Virus record (IMG/VR): IMGVR_UViG_3300028920_001457
Coordinates: 1-64,000 of that record
DNA: 64,000 bases
DNA from: a virus
Direction: 5' to 3' (one strand)
The position numbers and the translations under genes are program-made. Every line of letters begins with the position of its first letter. Positions within the stretch are counted from its first letter, which is position 1. Shown here in pieces: positions 50,586 to 61,370 of the stretch. The notes under the pieces are model-generated. The model worked only from the letters and a program-made list of their open reading frames with translations, was not told the origin of the DNA and searched no databases.

Positions 50586-50651
50586 GTTTCTGGGTTGTCT
50601 GTCGGATTTGTGATTTGCGAATTGCGATTCGTATGACTTCCAATTCTTGTT

Positions 50652-50675
50652 CCAGCCCTTCGGGGCTGGTTTCTT
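50652..50675 (+). terminator. Intrinsic terminator
   Basis: CCAGCCC-TTCG-GGGCTGG plus TTTCTT. Confidence 0.85.
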
Positions 50676-50696
50676 CTGAAATAATTATCAATTTAT

Positions 50697-51330
50697 TTGG
50701 ATTTCTCGTTTATGTGTTTTATCTTTGGTGAAAATTAAAAACAAGAAGACATGAATCATATTGATTTTTGGACAGAAAAAAAAATGGACTTAATTAAAAA
50801 GGGGAATCTTGCATTTGATATCCACATGGTTGATATATCAAAAGAAGAATTTAAGCAAATAAAAGAAACCGACTTTTTAATTTCTACTCGTAATTTACCA
50901 ATATCGCAAAAAACATTAAAGCGTCTCGGGATTAATAAAGTTTTAAAATATAGCGGAATATTTTGGCTCTTACGAGTTTATTAAATCAAAAATAAACAGG
51001 AGGTATATTATGATAAGGATTAAACAACCTAAAATTAAGAAAGGAACAGAGTTTACGGGGTGGGCTACTTTTAATTGGGGGATATGTCATCAGAGAGTTT
51101 TCAGAACCCGGAAAGAAGCAAAAGCTTTTTGTATTGGCATGGGAAAAGAAGGTTTGACTTGGGATGATGTTAAAGATCATTTCAGAATAGAAAAAGTTAA
51201 ATGTATTGTTATTTAAACTTAATTCACAATGAAAGAAGAACACTACACAGATATTGATAATTATCTAAATTTAAAGAAATAAAATAACAAAACAAACAAT
51301 AGTCCAGCCCGTATTTCTACGGGTTTTTTT
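50697..51330 (+). other. Moron-like cassette: promoter, small ORFs (50751-50984, 51010-51216), terminator
   Basis: TTTG...TATCTTTG promoter, AT-rich ORFs, terminator GCCCGTA-TTTC-TACGGGT plus T tract. Confidence 0.55.
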
Positions 51331-51361
51331 ATTTTAACTAACTTTGCAGAAAAGTTAGCAA

Positions 51362-52117
51362 ATGCTGTTAGTTGAAGAAATTTATAATCTCTTATTAGAC
51401 GAGTTAAGGGTTGATGAACGTGGTCTTTCTTGTGATGTAGATACCTTCAATAGGCTGGCAAGACTTGTCAATCAGGAGGTATACAATGATTTGGTAAGGC
51501 GGTTTGAGGCGGATCAGTCCAATATCAATGCCCTTGGCTCATTAAAGATTCATAACTATAACATAGCCCTCACTGCGGGGGTGGGGACATTGCCCATAAA
51601 CTATGGTAGGCTTATAGGTAAGCCGAGGATAGTAGACGATGATGGTGTCACCCGATATGTTGATTTAGCCACGTCTTTTGAACATGGTAGCCGTAGTGAG
51701 GATTATCTCACACAACCCACAACCACACACCCTACATGTCGGATAGGCGGTGTGGATGCTGATGGTTATATGCAGATAAGGGTGTCGCCAACGACAATAA
51801 CCAATATCTATATAGACTACCTAAAAGAACTTAGCGTACCCTTTCTTGATTATTATGTTTCAGATACCACGTTACGTTATACATATTTTGACGAGACGGG
51901 TGATTTACAGACTGTGCCCGTAGGCTCAACTTATCGTGATGATACACCAGGGGCGGGGACAGCAACAACAGTATCGCTAACAAATAACTTTGACTGGACA
52001 GAAGATGAACTCCCCCTTATACTTACCAAACTTGTCAATAGAGTAGCCAAGCAGTTACCTGATGAATTATTATTACAGGCTACAAACAGAGAACAGGATA
52101 AAAGTGATGCTCAATGA
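51362..52117 (+). CDS. Tail ring/adaptor protein
   Basis: About 250 aa; GTLPINY motif; first of three similar-sized genes before the muzzle gene. Confidence 0.55.
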   Translation: MLLVEEIYNLLLDELRVDERGLSCDVDTFNRLARLVNQEVYNDLVRRFEADQSNINALGSLKIHNYNIALTAGVGTLPINYGRLIGKPRIVDDDGVTRYVDLATSFEHGSRSEDYLTQPTTTHPTCRIGGVDADGYMQIRVSPTTITNIYIDYLKELSVPFLDYYVSDTTLRYTYFDETGDLQTVPVGSTYRDDTPGAGTATTVSLTNNFDWTEDELPLILTKLVNRVAKQLPDELLLQATNREQDKSDAQ

Positions 52118-52743
52118 TAAAATCAGAACTACGGTCAGCAGTTTTAAATTCTTTGCTTAAGTGGGACTCTACGGCGAAATACCACCCAAGGTTTTTGGAT
52201 GCTGTGATAGAGAAGACACGTAATGAAGTCCTGACAGAGATATGGCAGGCAGACCCCCTTGCCCTGCAAAGGTTTACCAAAGGATATGGATATACCACGG
52301 CGCTGACAATATCCACAGAACCCACATCGGGGGTATATTACACCACATTACCAGAGAATATAGTACCTTTCCCCGATAAAGCATCGGGTGTCAGGCGTGT
52401 GGCGTATGCTACGCAAACAGGCATAGGCTTTTATCCAATGGATCAGAGGGAATGGGACTTGGTGATGGGCGGTAGCTATACCAACTATGTCAAGAATAAG
52501 GTGGGATATATCGTAACGCCAACAAGAGTTGAATACTATGGTATGACGGGTGCTGTTATTACGGCGGGTGTAAGGATGGATATTATCATCCCATTTTCAA
52601 AATACAGTGATACAGATGTGGTGTTGGTACCCGAACACATAGATGGACAGGGGCGTGGTCTTATAGACAGATGTGTGGCAAAACTGATGCAGATACCGCC
52701 ACAGGTAGATTTAGTTGATGATAACGCAGATATGGTACAATAA
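52114..52743 (+). CDS. Tail ring protein
   Basis: YYTTLPE motif, position. Confidence 0.5.
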   Translation: MIKSELRSAVLNSLLKWDSTAKYHPRFLDAVIEKTRNEVLTEIWQADPLALQRFTKGYGYTTALTISTEPTSGVYYTTLPENIVPFPDKASGVRRVAYATQTGIGFYPMDQREWDLVMGGSYTNYVKNKVGYIVTPTRVEYYGMTGAVITAGVRMDIIIPFSKYSDTDVVLVPEHIDGQGRGLIDRCVAKLMQIPPQVDLVDDNADMVQ

Positions 52744-53456
52744 TGGCAGCGACAAATTCTTTAATAGATATTAATCAGGCAGTAAGCAGATTTTTACTGA
52801 AATATAAACTATCAACAGAAGACGCATTTATCTTCACAGAACATGCATGTGATTGTATCAGGGACTTTAGCCTGTTCGATTCAGGGGACGTTGTCTCGGA
52901 AAAGGTAACAATAAGTGCATTGGGCATTATTGAGATGCCTGATAGCATGGTGGGTTTTAATGGTTTGTTTATACCTATTAATGGTGAGCTTTGGCCGTTT
53001 ACAGAAGTGGATACAATCGTCAATACAACAACGACTACGGCGGGTGTGGAAGGACAGGATAGCGACTTTGGTGAGGGTGTGGCAATATATGACTATGCAA
53101 GTGAGGGTTATGGCGGACGACCAGGGGTCAATGATTATAAATACACTTTAGACTGGCAAGCAAGACGTATTTTCTGTGAGGGAATAACGAGCGATACAGT
53201 GCTGTTGAGGTATGTAACAAGCGGGGTAGAGATAACGGGGACAACCTATGTGCCCGAATTTGTTCTGCCTATGATAGATACCTATCTGTTATGGAAAAGT
53301 TCTTATTGGCGTCCTGATTTAAAAAGAGAAAGACCATTACTTGAACGGGACTATACCAATGCAGAGCTAAAGGTCAGGAACTTTATCAATAGCATGTCGT
53401 ATGACCAATGGCGGGATGTCTTACTTTCAACAAGTGTACTTGCACCTATAAGATAA
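52743..53456 (+). CDS. Tail ring protein
   Basis: IEMPDSMV, VLLRYV.SG...YVPE motifs, position. Confidence 0.55.
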   Translation: MAATNSLIDINQAVSRFLLKYKLSTEDAFIFTEHACDCIRDFSLFDSGDVVSEKVTISALGIIEMPDSMVGFNGLFIPINGELWPFTEVDTIVNTTTTTAGVEGQDSDFGEGVAIYDYASEGYGGRPGVNDYKYTLDWQARRIFCEGITSDTVLLRYVTSGVEITGTTYVPEFVLPMIDTYLLWKSSYWRPDLKRERPLLERDYTNAELKVRNFINSMSYDQWRDVLLSTSVLAPIR

Positions 53457-53457
53457 T

Positions 53458-56400
53458 ATGGCAAAGATAAAAGATGAAATCATATTTACAGATTTTGGGC
53501 TGAACCAGGATGATGACCTGCGGTATGTCGGCAAGGGCAGTACGCCTTACGCTATGAATATATTGAAGGGCGAAGATGGTGCCTCGGGTGTGATAACCAA
53601 CATGAAGGGCAACAAACTTGTCAGTTATCAGCTTGGCGATTCCAACACTTATTTTGTCCTTGGCAGTTGCTATGATACTCTCACAAGAAATGTATATTAC
53701 TTCATATTTTCACAGCCTTATGACACCACGGGTAGCGGTGATTATGAATACGACAATAGGTTACTACAGTTTAATGAGGATGATGAGGAGATAACCCTTA
53801 TTTTCAGGGATACCAGAAATTACTTCGGCTTAGACCCTGCCCGTCCTATGAAAGACCCGTTTGTTTTGGGTGAATGGCTGTATTTCAATCCCATAACATC
53901 CGAGCCCAAGATGATACATCTCACCATGGCATATTATTATACTGCCTGTACCTATAGGACAGTACCGGGATATTATGTATATGATGCCACAGATACTTAT
54001 TTATATGGTGATAAGGTGTCTTACTTTGGTGGTTTGTTTCTTGCTTTGGCGGCTGTGGCTGTTGGTGAAACACCTGTTACGACACCCGCCAAATGGGATA
54101 GGATAGGTAGTGTTTATCAGGACGAATCATTCCTACAATTTGATTCTGAATTCCGCTATGCTTTTAATGTTATAAAACAACCGCCTGCCCATAGACCTAT
54201 TTGTAATTACGCCACAGACGCAGAGAGGTCTTTTAATAACGTCAAGGGGAAAGTATTCAGATTCACGCACAGATATAAGTATTTTGATAATACATATTCT
54301 GTATGGGGGGCATATTCAGATGTGATGTTGCCACCCGATGATGAGAGTTATAATGGGGAGATAACAGGGAATGATATATCTAATAATTATATAGAAGTCA
54401 GAATACCTTTGTTTTCTGCTGCCTTAATCAAGGAAATAGAACTTGTATTTCAGGAGGTGGATGGCAATTGGCGGTGTGCTAAAGTTATTAACAGAAGGGA
54501 TTTAGATATAATAACAGACATCTATTACACACATGATTTTTATAATGATGAATCTTATCCCGAGATAGATGATACATATATCAATACATCCCACGATAGT
54601 GTTCCACGAACAGCCAATTGTCAGGAAATAATCAACAAGAATATTCTCACCTATGCTTATTGTAAGGAGGGGTTTAATAATCTCGATAAAGAAGACATAG
54701 ATGTAAGTCTGACACCTGAACCAGTAGAATTTGAGGTTGGTGCGGCGGTGCAAGCTTATGGTGCTTTTATATATGATGCCGTGGGGGATATAGTTTATGG
54801 ATGGGAAGACGATCCGCTTAACGCCGATATTGTTTTATATGCCTATGCTTTAATTGGTCTTAATAACGCCTTCCTTGCAGGTATTAGTGTGGGAGATGTG
54901 TTCAGGATAACAGTTGATGGTACACAGTATCATTATGTGTTACTTGATGCCGATGATGATAGTGTACAGGACTTAGTTGTGGGCATTGTGGCTTTCTTGA
55001 ATACCATAGCACCGAATTATAATGCTATAGTCGACCCACTAGATGACACTTATGTTAGGTTAGAGGCTGGTTATGGTGTGGAGGAAATAAGTGTCAGCCA
55101 AGCGTCATTTCACAACACTGGGGTTGGTGAAGATGCGGCCTATCTCATAAAACAAAGAGGATTTAAGACAGGGGCATGGCATCCATTCTGTATTTTTTAT
55201 TATGACGAAGCATTGCGTAGGTGGGATGCACAAACAGCAAAAGATAAAACCGATGGTGCTGTGGCATGGGAAATAGATGGCACGGTGGTTTATGTTCCAT
55301 TACTTGCAGAATATTCACCCACACCTACAGGTTTAAATGTTAAATGGGTTGTTAATTGGGAGGTAAACCATCTTCCGCCCGAAGGTGCTAAATATTGGCG
55401 ATGGGGTTATGCGGGCAATACTCTTTGTTCATATTTTATACGTTATATTATTGATGATGACGACCCGATAGGTGATGTCGCCGTGGGTAGTGCAGAAGAA
55501 CCCATTAACACTACTTATATAAATATCAAACCATTACAGACGCTTACCAATACAGCGGAAAATGACTGGAATAAATTTCCCAACTCAAATATAAGATCAT
55601 ATTCATGGGAATCAGGTGATAGGATTAGGTTTATTACCGAAGCTGCTGGGGCGAATGACATAGGTGCGCCACTTGACACCATCTATGATTATGAGATTAT
55701 TATGCAGGATGAAGCTAATCATAAAATTTATATAAGAGAATTTGATTGGGCTGCCGCTGGAATTGGTGCGCAAACTCTTGTGGAGATATATTGTCCGCTT
55801 AAGGGTGGTACGGAAACTGTTTATTATGAGTTTGGCGAAATAATGCCTATTATTGAAGATTCAGCGGGCAATCTTGTTCATGGTGCGCCGATAGTTGCCA
55901 ATAGCCAGGACTATGATTTAAGTATTGCCGCAACAGGGGTTTTTACAACGGGTGATGTTTACCATATATTAAGAACGCCAAGCTGTCCTATAGAAGATAT
56001 AGAAGCGTATGTCCATGAATCTATGTGGTATTCAGACTTTTATGATAGTGATGATTGGGATAAGGGCAAGACAGGGATGGAAACTATATTTAATGAACGC
56101 TATCTTAATATAGTAAGATATTCATATCCTTATTTACAGAACACACAAATTAATGGGTTAAGCACCTTTGATGGCGATAATTACAAGCCATTAAATGATG
56201 TCTACGGCGAAATACTGCGTATCATAGAAATAGGTGACACGCTAAAGGTATATCAAAGAAAGAAACCAAGCTCTATACTTATCGGACGTACAGAATATAC
56301 AGATGCCGAGGGTAATACTACTGTGGCTATCAGTGAAAGGGTGCTTGGCGCACTAAGATATTCTACCACTAACTATGGTACGGAATTTCCCGAAAGCATA

Positions 56401-58530
56401 GAAAGAAATAACCGTTATGTCTATGGGTTTGATGTTTATAATGGTGTCCTTTGGCGGGATTCGCCCAACGGTATCTTCCCTGTAAGTGGACGTTACGAAT
56501 CTATGGACGGTGGCAGTGACTATAAGATGGAAACCTATTTCAAGGAAAAAGCCAAGGAACTGCTTGTATCGGGAACAGACCATGTACAGGTGCCTATCGT
56601 ATGGGATGAGCGCCATAAGAACTTATATGTGATATTCAAAGATACTGTACTTGAAGAAAACAATGAGAATATTGTATTTCACGAAGCAAGTAACCGTTGG
56701 ATATGTTTCACTGATATGGACAGGACTTATGACGAGGGGTGGAATCAGATACTTGAATTGGATTGGTGGGTATTATGGGGTTTTGATGGTGGTCTTGGCT
56801 ATAGCTTTGATGAGGACACACGTTTTGCTGTGTTCGATATAGGTGACGGTCTGGGTACGCCAGAAACAGTCAGGGCGTTTGGTTCATTAACTGAATTAAC
56901 GCTGACGGCACTTGCACCCGATATTATTATTGACTCCACACCCGTACCACCGCTTGCGGTAATGCATGTAGAACCACTAGTTCCCGTTCCTATTTCCTCG
57001 TGGATAGATTCGAGCAACGAGAACCCTGCCATAGCCTACGATTGTGACACCATAGGTGAGGTAACAGCAACTGGACAGGCAACAATAACAGCCTATGCCA
57101 AGAGTTCTGAATTACAGACTATCTTAATAAAGATAAACCACATTACCGAATCGTGGTTGCATGTAACAAAAGCCGATGGTGTGTATCTTAGTATCGGACA
57201 AACATTGGTTTCAGGAACGGATGCTTTGCATGATCCGCCATATAAGGATGTTGATTTGTATTTCTTTTCAACAACAGGGGGTAACACTGGGGCAGCACGT
57301 ACCGCACAGGTTATCTTTGAAGATGGTTTTGGTAATTATGAAATTGTAACAGTACATCAGGCTGTCAATCCCACACCCCCGGATGTCACCGTTGGCGTAT
57401 TGGGTGGTGATATATGGCTTACCCTAACAGGAGAGGAAGGGATAGCCACACTTGGCAGTAATAACATAACTGTTAATTTCACCCCCGACCATGGTGATAA
57501 GATAGCAGGACAGTATTATACTGTTTACTGGTCTGCATTTATAACAAGGGATGGTATTTATTCAAATGAATCATGTGGAACGGGTTATTGGTCTAATATA
57601 GAAGATGAGGTGGCTACAAGTGAAACTGCATCTGTTAGTATTCCCGATGCCTCTGTGCCAAGAGTTGGTGACACATTTTATATTTATTTATCGGTTAATT
57701 ATGTTAATATTGAGGATGTGACAATAGACACCCTGTCATTATTAACCATCACACCATTAGTACCCCAAGCCATAGTATCGAACTGCACAATAACAGGAAG
57801 TCCGATATCCTTTACCCATGATGAACTATATGATGCCCCTCTGAACGACGCACAACCATTTGTTGTGCTTAAAGCCCCGGCCACGGCAACCTGTAAGATA
57901 ATCTACATAGAATCATGGCTTAGATTATTCAATTCTCTGGGGGTTGAGTTATTTAACGGGATGACACCCGATTCTGTTGATGCTACTGGCGTGGGTGAAA
58001 CCCTGCGTGTTGTACCCAGAACAGCCAATACGGGCGGTGATAGGGAAGGTACTTATGATGGTGATGGGACGGCAGTGGTATTTCATGTTCAGGAATATGG
58101 CGACATAGGTAAGCTGGTTGTATATCAAGCCCACGCTCCAACCACATTTGAACATGACACCATATATATAAGTTCTACGGGAAGTGCATATCTGAGTTTT
58201 AAATATGGCAGCGTTCAGAGAATTGTCGGAACGGATGTTAGTAATGAGCTAAGTATGTCGTTTTGTATTGAATCGACATTACACGGATGGAACGAACCCT
58301 ATACTTTATATTATAAGGTATTTGTTAAGAAAGCAGCGAGTTCCACTTATTATTACACATGGCTCGCAGAGGGTTCATTTACCTATTATGATGAGATGGG
58401 CATCAGTCTTATTTCCTCGCCCCCCAATAACATATATTTATATGATGATGGTGGTGCGGCTTATCTTGTAACAGACGCAGATACCATTGAAGTATGGGTA
58501 TCGCATGTTAATTTTTGGAGCAGGGCGTAA
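53458..58530 (+). CDS. Tail muzzle/stabilization protein (P22 gp10-like propeller) with about 600-aa Ig/BACON-like extension
   Basis: GLNQDDD...YAMNI, RYS...TQINGLSTF, YGTEFPES, VFHEASNRW, followed by repeated ESWL...NTG..R modules. Confidence 0.7.
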   Translation: MAKIKDEIIFTDFGLNQDDDLRYVGKGSTPYAMNILKGEDGASGVITNMKGNKLVSYQLGDSNTYFVLGSCYDTLTRNVYYFIFSQPYDTTGSGDYEYDNRLLQFNEDDEEITLIFRDTRNYFGLDPARPMKDPFVLGEWLYFNPITSEPKMIHLTMAYYYTACTYRTVPGYYVYDATDTYLYGDKVSYFGGLFLALAAVAVGETPVTTPAKWDRIGSVYQDESFLQFDSEFRYAFNVIKQPPAHRPICNYATDAERSFNNVKGKVFRFTHRYKYFDNTYSVWGAYSDVMLPPDDESYNGEITGNDISNNYIEVRIPLFSAALIKEIELVFQEVDGNWRCAKVINRRDLDIITDIYYTHDFYNDESYPEIDDTYINTSHDSVPRTANCQEIINKNILTYAYCKEGFNNLDKEDIDVSLTPEPVEFEVGAAVQAYGAFIYDAVGDIVYGWEDDPLNADIVLYAYALIGLNNAFLAGISVGDVFRITVDGTQYHYVLLDADDDSVQDLVVGIVAFLNTIAPNYNAIVDPLDDTYVRLEAGYGVEEISVSQASFHNTGVGEDAAYLIKQRGFKTGAWHPFCIFYYDEALRRWDAQTAKDKTDGAVAWEIDGTVVYVPLLAEYSPTPTGLNVKWVVNWEVNHLPPEGAKYWRWGYAGNTLCSYFIRYIIDDDDPIGDVAVGSAEEPINTTYINIKPLQTLTNTAENDWNKFPNSNIRSYSWESGDRIRFITEAAGANDIGAPLDTIYDYEIIMQDEANHKIYIREFDWAAAGIGAQTLVEIYCPLKGGTETVYYEFGEIMPIIEDSAGNLVHGAPIVANSQDYDLSIAATGVFTTGDVYHILRTPSCPIEDIEAYVHESMWYSDFYDSDDWDKGKTGMETIFNERYLNIVRYSYPYLQNTQINGLSTFDGDNYKPLNDVYGEILRIIEIGDTLKVYQRKKPSSILIGRTEYTDAEGNTTVAISERVLGALRYSTTNYGTEFPESIERNNRYVYGFDVYNGVLWRDSPNGIFPVSGRYESMDGGSDYKMETYFKEKAKELLVSGTDHVQVPIVWDERHKNLYVIFKDTVLEENNENIVFHEASNRWICFTDMDRTYDEGWNQILELDWWVLWGFDGGLGYSFDEDTRFAVFDIGDGLGTPETVRAFGSLTELTLTALAPDIIIDSTPVPPLAVMHVEPLVPVPISSWIDSSNENPAIAYDCDTIGEVTATGQATITAYAKSSELQTILIKINHITESWLHVTKADGVYLSIGQTLVSGTDALHDPPYKDVDLYFFSTTGGNTGAARTAQVIFEDGFGNYEIVTVHQAVNPTPPDVTVGVLGGDIWLTLTGEEGIATLGSNNITVNFTPDHGDKIAGQYYTVYWSAFITRDGIYSNESCGTGYWSNIEDEVATSETASVSIPDASVPRVGDTFYIYLSVNYVNIEDVTIDTLSLLTITPLVPQAIVSNCTITGSPISFTHDELYDAPLNDAQPFVVLKAPATATCKIIYIESWLRLFNSLGVELFNGMTPDSVDATGVGETLRVVPRTANTGGDREGTYDGDGTAVVFHVQEYGDIGKLVVYQAHAPTTFEHDTIYISSTGSAYLSFKYGSVQRIVGTDVSNELSMSFCIESTLHGWNEPYTLYYKVFVKKAASSTYYYTWLAEGSFTYYDEMGISLISSPPNNIYLYDDGGAAYLVTDADTIEVWVSHVNFWSRA

Positions 58531-58569
58531 ATTTTTAGTAATTTTGCAAAAACTTAATAATAACATAAA

Positions 58570-58989
58570 ATGGCAGTAACAGGAACAATACCGAAACAGG
58601 TTAAGAGAGAAATTGTAGACGCATGGTTGCCAGCCGCAGAAACCACATGGAAGGTTGCATTGCTTGATGATACCTTTGTGTATGACCACACCACACATGT
58701 CACCTATGCTGATGTTAGTGGAGATGAGATTGCTGGGATAGGATATACGGCGGGGGGGGCAACACTTGCAGGTAGGGTTGTGGGTTATGTGGACACGGAT
58801 GACACATACATAGACGCCACGGATACCCAATGGACTACTGCTACATTTGCCAATGTGCAGTATGTGGTAGTCTATGAAACATCCGGCGGGTTAATACGTG
58901 TTATCTATGACCTCGGCACGACACATGATGTAACAGCAGGTACTTTCACTATTCAGTGGAATACTGGGGGGTTAATTAAGGTAGTCTAA
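58570..58989 (+). CDS. Small virion structural protein
   Basis: KVALLD...E..G.GYTAGGATL...GTFTIQWN. Confidence 0.65.
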   Translation: MAVTGTIPKQVKREIVDAWLPAAETTWKVALLDDTFVYDHTTHVTYADVSGDEIAGIGYTAGGATLAGRVVGYVDTDDTYIDATDTQWTTATFANVQYVVVYETSGGLIRVIYDLGTTHDVTAGTFTIQWNTGGLIKVV

Positions 58990-59002
58990 AAATTATTCGG
59001 TT

Positions 59003-60040
59003 ATGCAGAAGGACAATATCTGTAGATCATCAGAATTCCATATGGATGAAGGTGATGTTTTACACCTCAGATTCCTCGATGAAACCTTTCAGCCAATAGA
59101 GTTTATGTTGGCTTCAAGCGGGGATAATGATAATATTGATGAAGTACCTGATGCGCCTACTGCATTAGCCGCAAGTGATATAACAGATAGTAGCTTTTAT
59201 GCTAACTGGAATTATCAGGAAAACACGCTTGGGTTCTATCTTGATGTTTCAACAGCAAGTGATTTCAGTTCTTTTGTTGTGGGATACGAGGATTTGGATG
59301 TCGGGTTGGTTAATGAATATAGTGTTGTGGGATTGGGTGATGCTATTCCATATTATTATCGTTTAAGAGCATATAATGATATAGGCACAAGCGTGAATTC
59401 TAATATAATCACCCTGACAACTGCATGTGAGGTAATAACTGATTTCGATGGTAATGTATATACTTATGTGACAATAGGAACACAACAGTGGTTGGTTGAA
59501 AATCTACAGACAACACATTATAATGATGGCACGGCAATTCCAAATTTGACATTAAACGCTGATTGGATCGCAGAAGACGGTACACCGGGACATGATGGTG
59601 CATATTGTTGGTATGATAATGATGCTGTTACCTATGCTGATTATGGGTGTTTATATAATTGGTATGCGGTAGATAATGCACATGGGTTTGCGGTGGTAGG
59701 TTGGCGAATTCCCACTAATGCAGATATGACAACATTATCTGATTATTTGGGGGGATTGTTGGGTACTGGGGGTGAATTAAAAGAAACTGGCACGGTGCAT
59801 TGGAACAGTCCGAATACAGGAGCAACTAACGAAACGGGGTTTACGGCTCTTCCAGGTGGCTTGCGGGCGGTGGCTGGTGCATTCTCTAACATTGGAGTTA
59901 GTGGACATTGGTGGTCGTCCACGGAAGTTGATGCTGGAAATGCATGGCTTCGTTATTTGACTGCTCCTGATGATGATATTATTGTTAATAGTGTTGCTAA
60001 ATATGCTGGTTATTCGGTTAAATGTATGAGAGATGTATAA
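59003..60040 (+). CDS. FN3 plus Fibrobacter succinogenes major (FISUMP) domain protein, putative adhesin
   Basis: YYYRLRAYN FN3; DFDGNVY..V.IG.Q.W..ENL, YGCLYNWYAV, GFTALPGG.R, GYSVKCMRD. Confidence 0.9.
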   Translation: MQKDNICRSSEFHMDEGDVLHLRFLDETFQPIEFMLASSGDNDNIDEVPDAPTALAASDITDSSFYANWNYQENTLGFYLDVSTASDFSSFVVGYEDLDVGLVNEYSVVGLGDAIPYYYRLRAYNDIGTSVNSNIITLTTACEVITDFDGNVYTYVTIGTQQWLVENLQTTHYNDGTAIPNLTLNADWIAEDGTPGHDGAYCWYDNDAVTYADYGCLYNWYAVDNAHGFAVVGWRIPTNADMTTLSDYLGGLLGTGGELKETGTVHWNSPNTGATNETGFTALPGGLRAVAGAFSNIGVSGHWWSSTEVDAGNAWLRYLTAPDDDIIVNSVAKYAGYSVKCMRDV

Positions 60041-60076
60041 AACATTAATATATGGCAAGAGAGTATCAAATAATGA

Positions 60077-60754
60077 ATGAGAATTATGGGACGACCCAAT
60101 AGTGGATTAAATATTGGTGGTATTTATAAAATACAATCTATAATAAAGCCCGATAGGGTTTATATTGGTAGTGCTGTTAATTTCAGGCATAGAAGGAATA
60201 TACATTTCAGAACTCTAAGAAAAAACAAGCATAAAAATCCCAAGTTACAGGCTCATTATAATAAGTATGGGGGAAAAGACTTGGTGTTTTCAATTCTTGT
60301 TGTTTGTGATATAAAATATATTACTCCCGAAGGTGGGGTTATTTGGCTTGAACAATTTTTTCTTGATGCCTATAAACCCTGGTTCAATATTGCCAAAATT
60401 GCAGGGAGTAGTTTGGGCGTTAAGAGATCGGATAAAACCAAGGCGCTGCTTAGTAGAATAAAGGGGAATAAGACCGATGAAGAAAAAAGGAAATGTGGGG
60501 AACATAATATAGGACGAATACCGTGGAATAAGGGGATGAAATTTGGGAAGCAAAGTCCTGAATTAGTGGAAAAACGAGTAGCCCCGATGCGGGGGAGGAA
60601 AAGACCACCTTTTTCGCAGGAATGGAGAGATAATTTAAGTAAATCCCACATGGGGCACAAACAACCCCAAGGGGTATTAGATAAAAGATCAAAGGCGATG
60701 AAATTAGTTTGGGCAAAAAAGAAAGAATTAGAGAATAAGGAGGCTGTGGCATGA
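60077..60754 (+). CDS. GIY-YIG homing endonuclease with NUMOD3 repeats
   Basis: GIYKI...VYIGSA, AGSSLGVKRS, PWNKG. Confidence 0.9.
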   Translation: MRIMGRPNSGLNIGGIYKIQSIIKPDRVYIGSAVNFRHRRNIHFRTLRKNKHKNPKLQAHYNKYGGKDLVFSILVVCDIKYITPEGGVIWLEQFFLDAYKPWFNIAKIAGSSLGVKRSDKTKALLSRIKGNKTDEEKRKCGEHNIGRIPWNKGMKFGKQSPELVEKRVAPMRGRKRPPFSQEWRDNLSKSHMGHKQPQGVLDKRSKAMKLVWAKKKELENKEAVA

Positions 60755-61341
60755 GAGAGTACGAACTTGTCGCTACAAAAACCGGCTCGCACTACCTATT
60801 ACTGGGGCTCGACAATTCAGAATTATGCGGGTTTCGCCTCCAGATGTGGATTACCCACTACAACCCAAGAGCCGTGGACTGGGCACAAAAAATGGGACTC
60901 AATTTTTGTTCATTTCTTGGAGGCGATGTGTGGGTGCATAATGATGAAACAGCAGACAGGTGTAATCTTTTTGGTGAGAAGCGGGATTGTATCATTGGCG
61001 TGGTGTCTAATGAACAGCCATTGACTATTAAGTTATATGATTCCTTGGGCGTTCATAGTGATGATTCATGGGAGGTCACTTCTATAACCATACCTGCCAC
61101 ATCCAACTATCCTGATGGCATGAGTTCAAGGATACCATTAGAGCAGTTTAAGAAGCGCAAGGGTGTTTGGGAGGCTAAGTTTCTGAGGAACATGAAAAGT
61201 ACCGACAGCACATCAAGGGTTTTGGATGCTTTACGGGGGGAGCCGCTCAAGGGCTATGAGCTATATATGACATTAAAAAACACTAATACAGAACAGGTAA
61301 AGCTGTTTAAGGTAACAACAAATATGACAGTAGCACGATAA
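60751..61341 (+). CDS. Probable C-terminal part of the tail muzzle protein encoded as a separate gene
   Basis: SF.GG.VWVHN...RCNLFG...VVSN..P...F.K..G.W.A..LR...GEPLKG. Confidence 0.6.
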   Translation: MREYELVATKTGSHYLLLGLDNSELCGFRLQMWITHYNPRAVDWAQKMGLNFCSFLGGDVWVHNDETADRCNLFGEKRDCIIGVVSNEQPLTIKLYDSLGVHSDDSWEVTSITIPATSNYPDGMSSRIPLEQFKKRKGVWEAKFLRNMKSTDSTSRVLDALRGEPLKGYELYMTLKNTNTEQVKLFKVTTNMTVAR

Positions 61342-61370
61342 TGATTAACTTTGTAAATTAAAATATAACG

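Noticed and set aside
50584-50650. 3' UTR with GGTTTCTG complementary to CAGAAACC start regions at 45862 and 49524
   Set aside because: Only an 8-nt match; too weak to claim a regulatory RNA.
59003-60040. Diversity-generating retroelement target (FISUMP domain)
   Set aside because: No reverse transcriptase or adenine-variant template repeat seen in this window.
60040-60760. Group I intron around the GIY-YIG gene
   Set aside because: No room for, or sign of, P/Q/R/S core elements; the gene appears free-standing.
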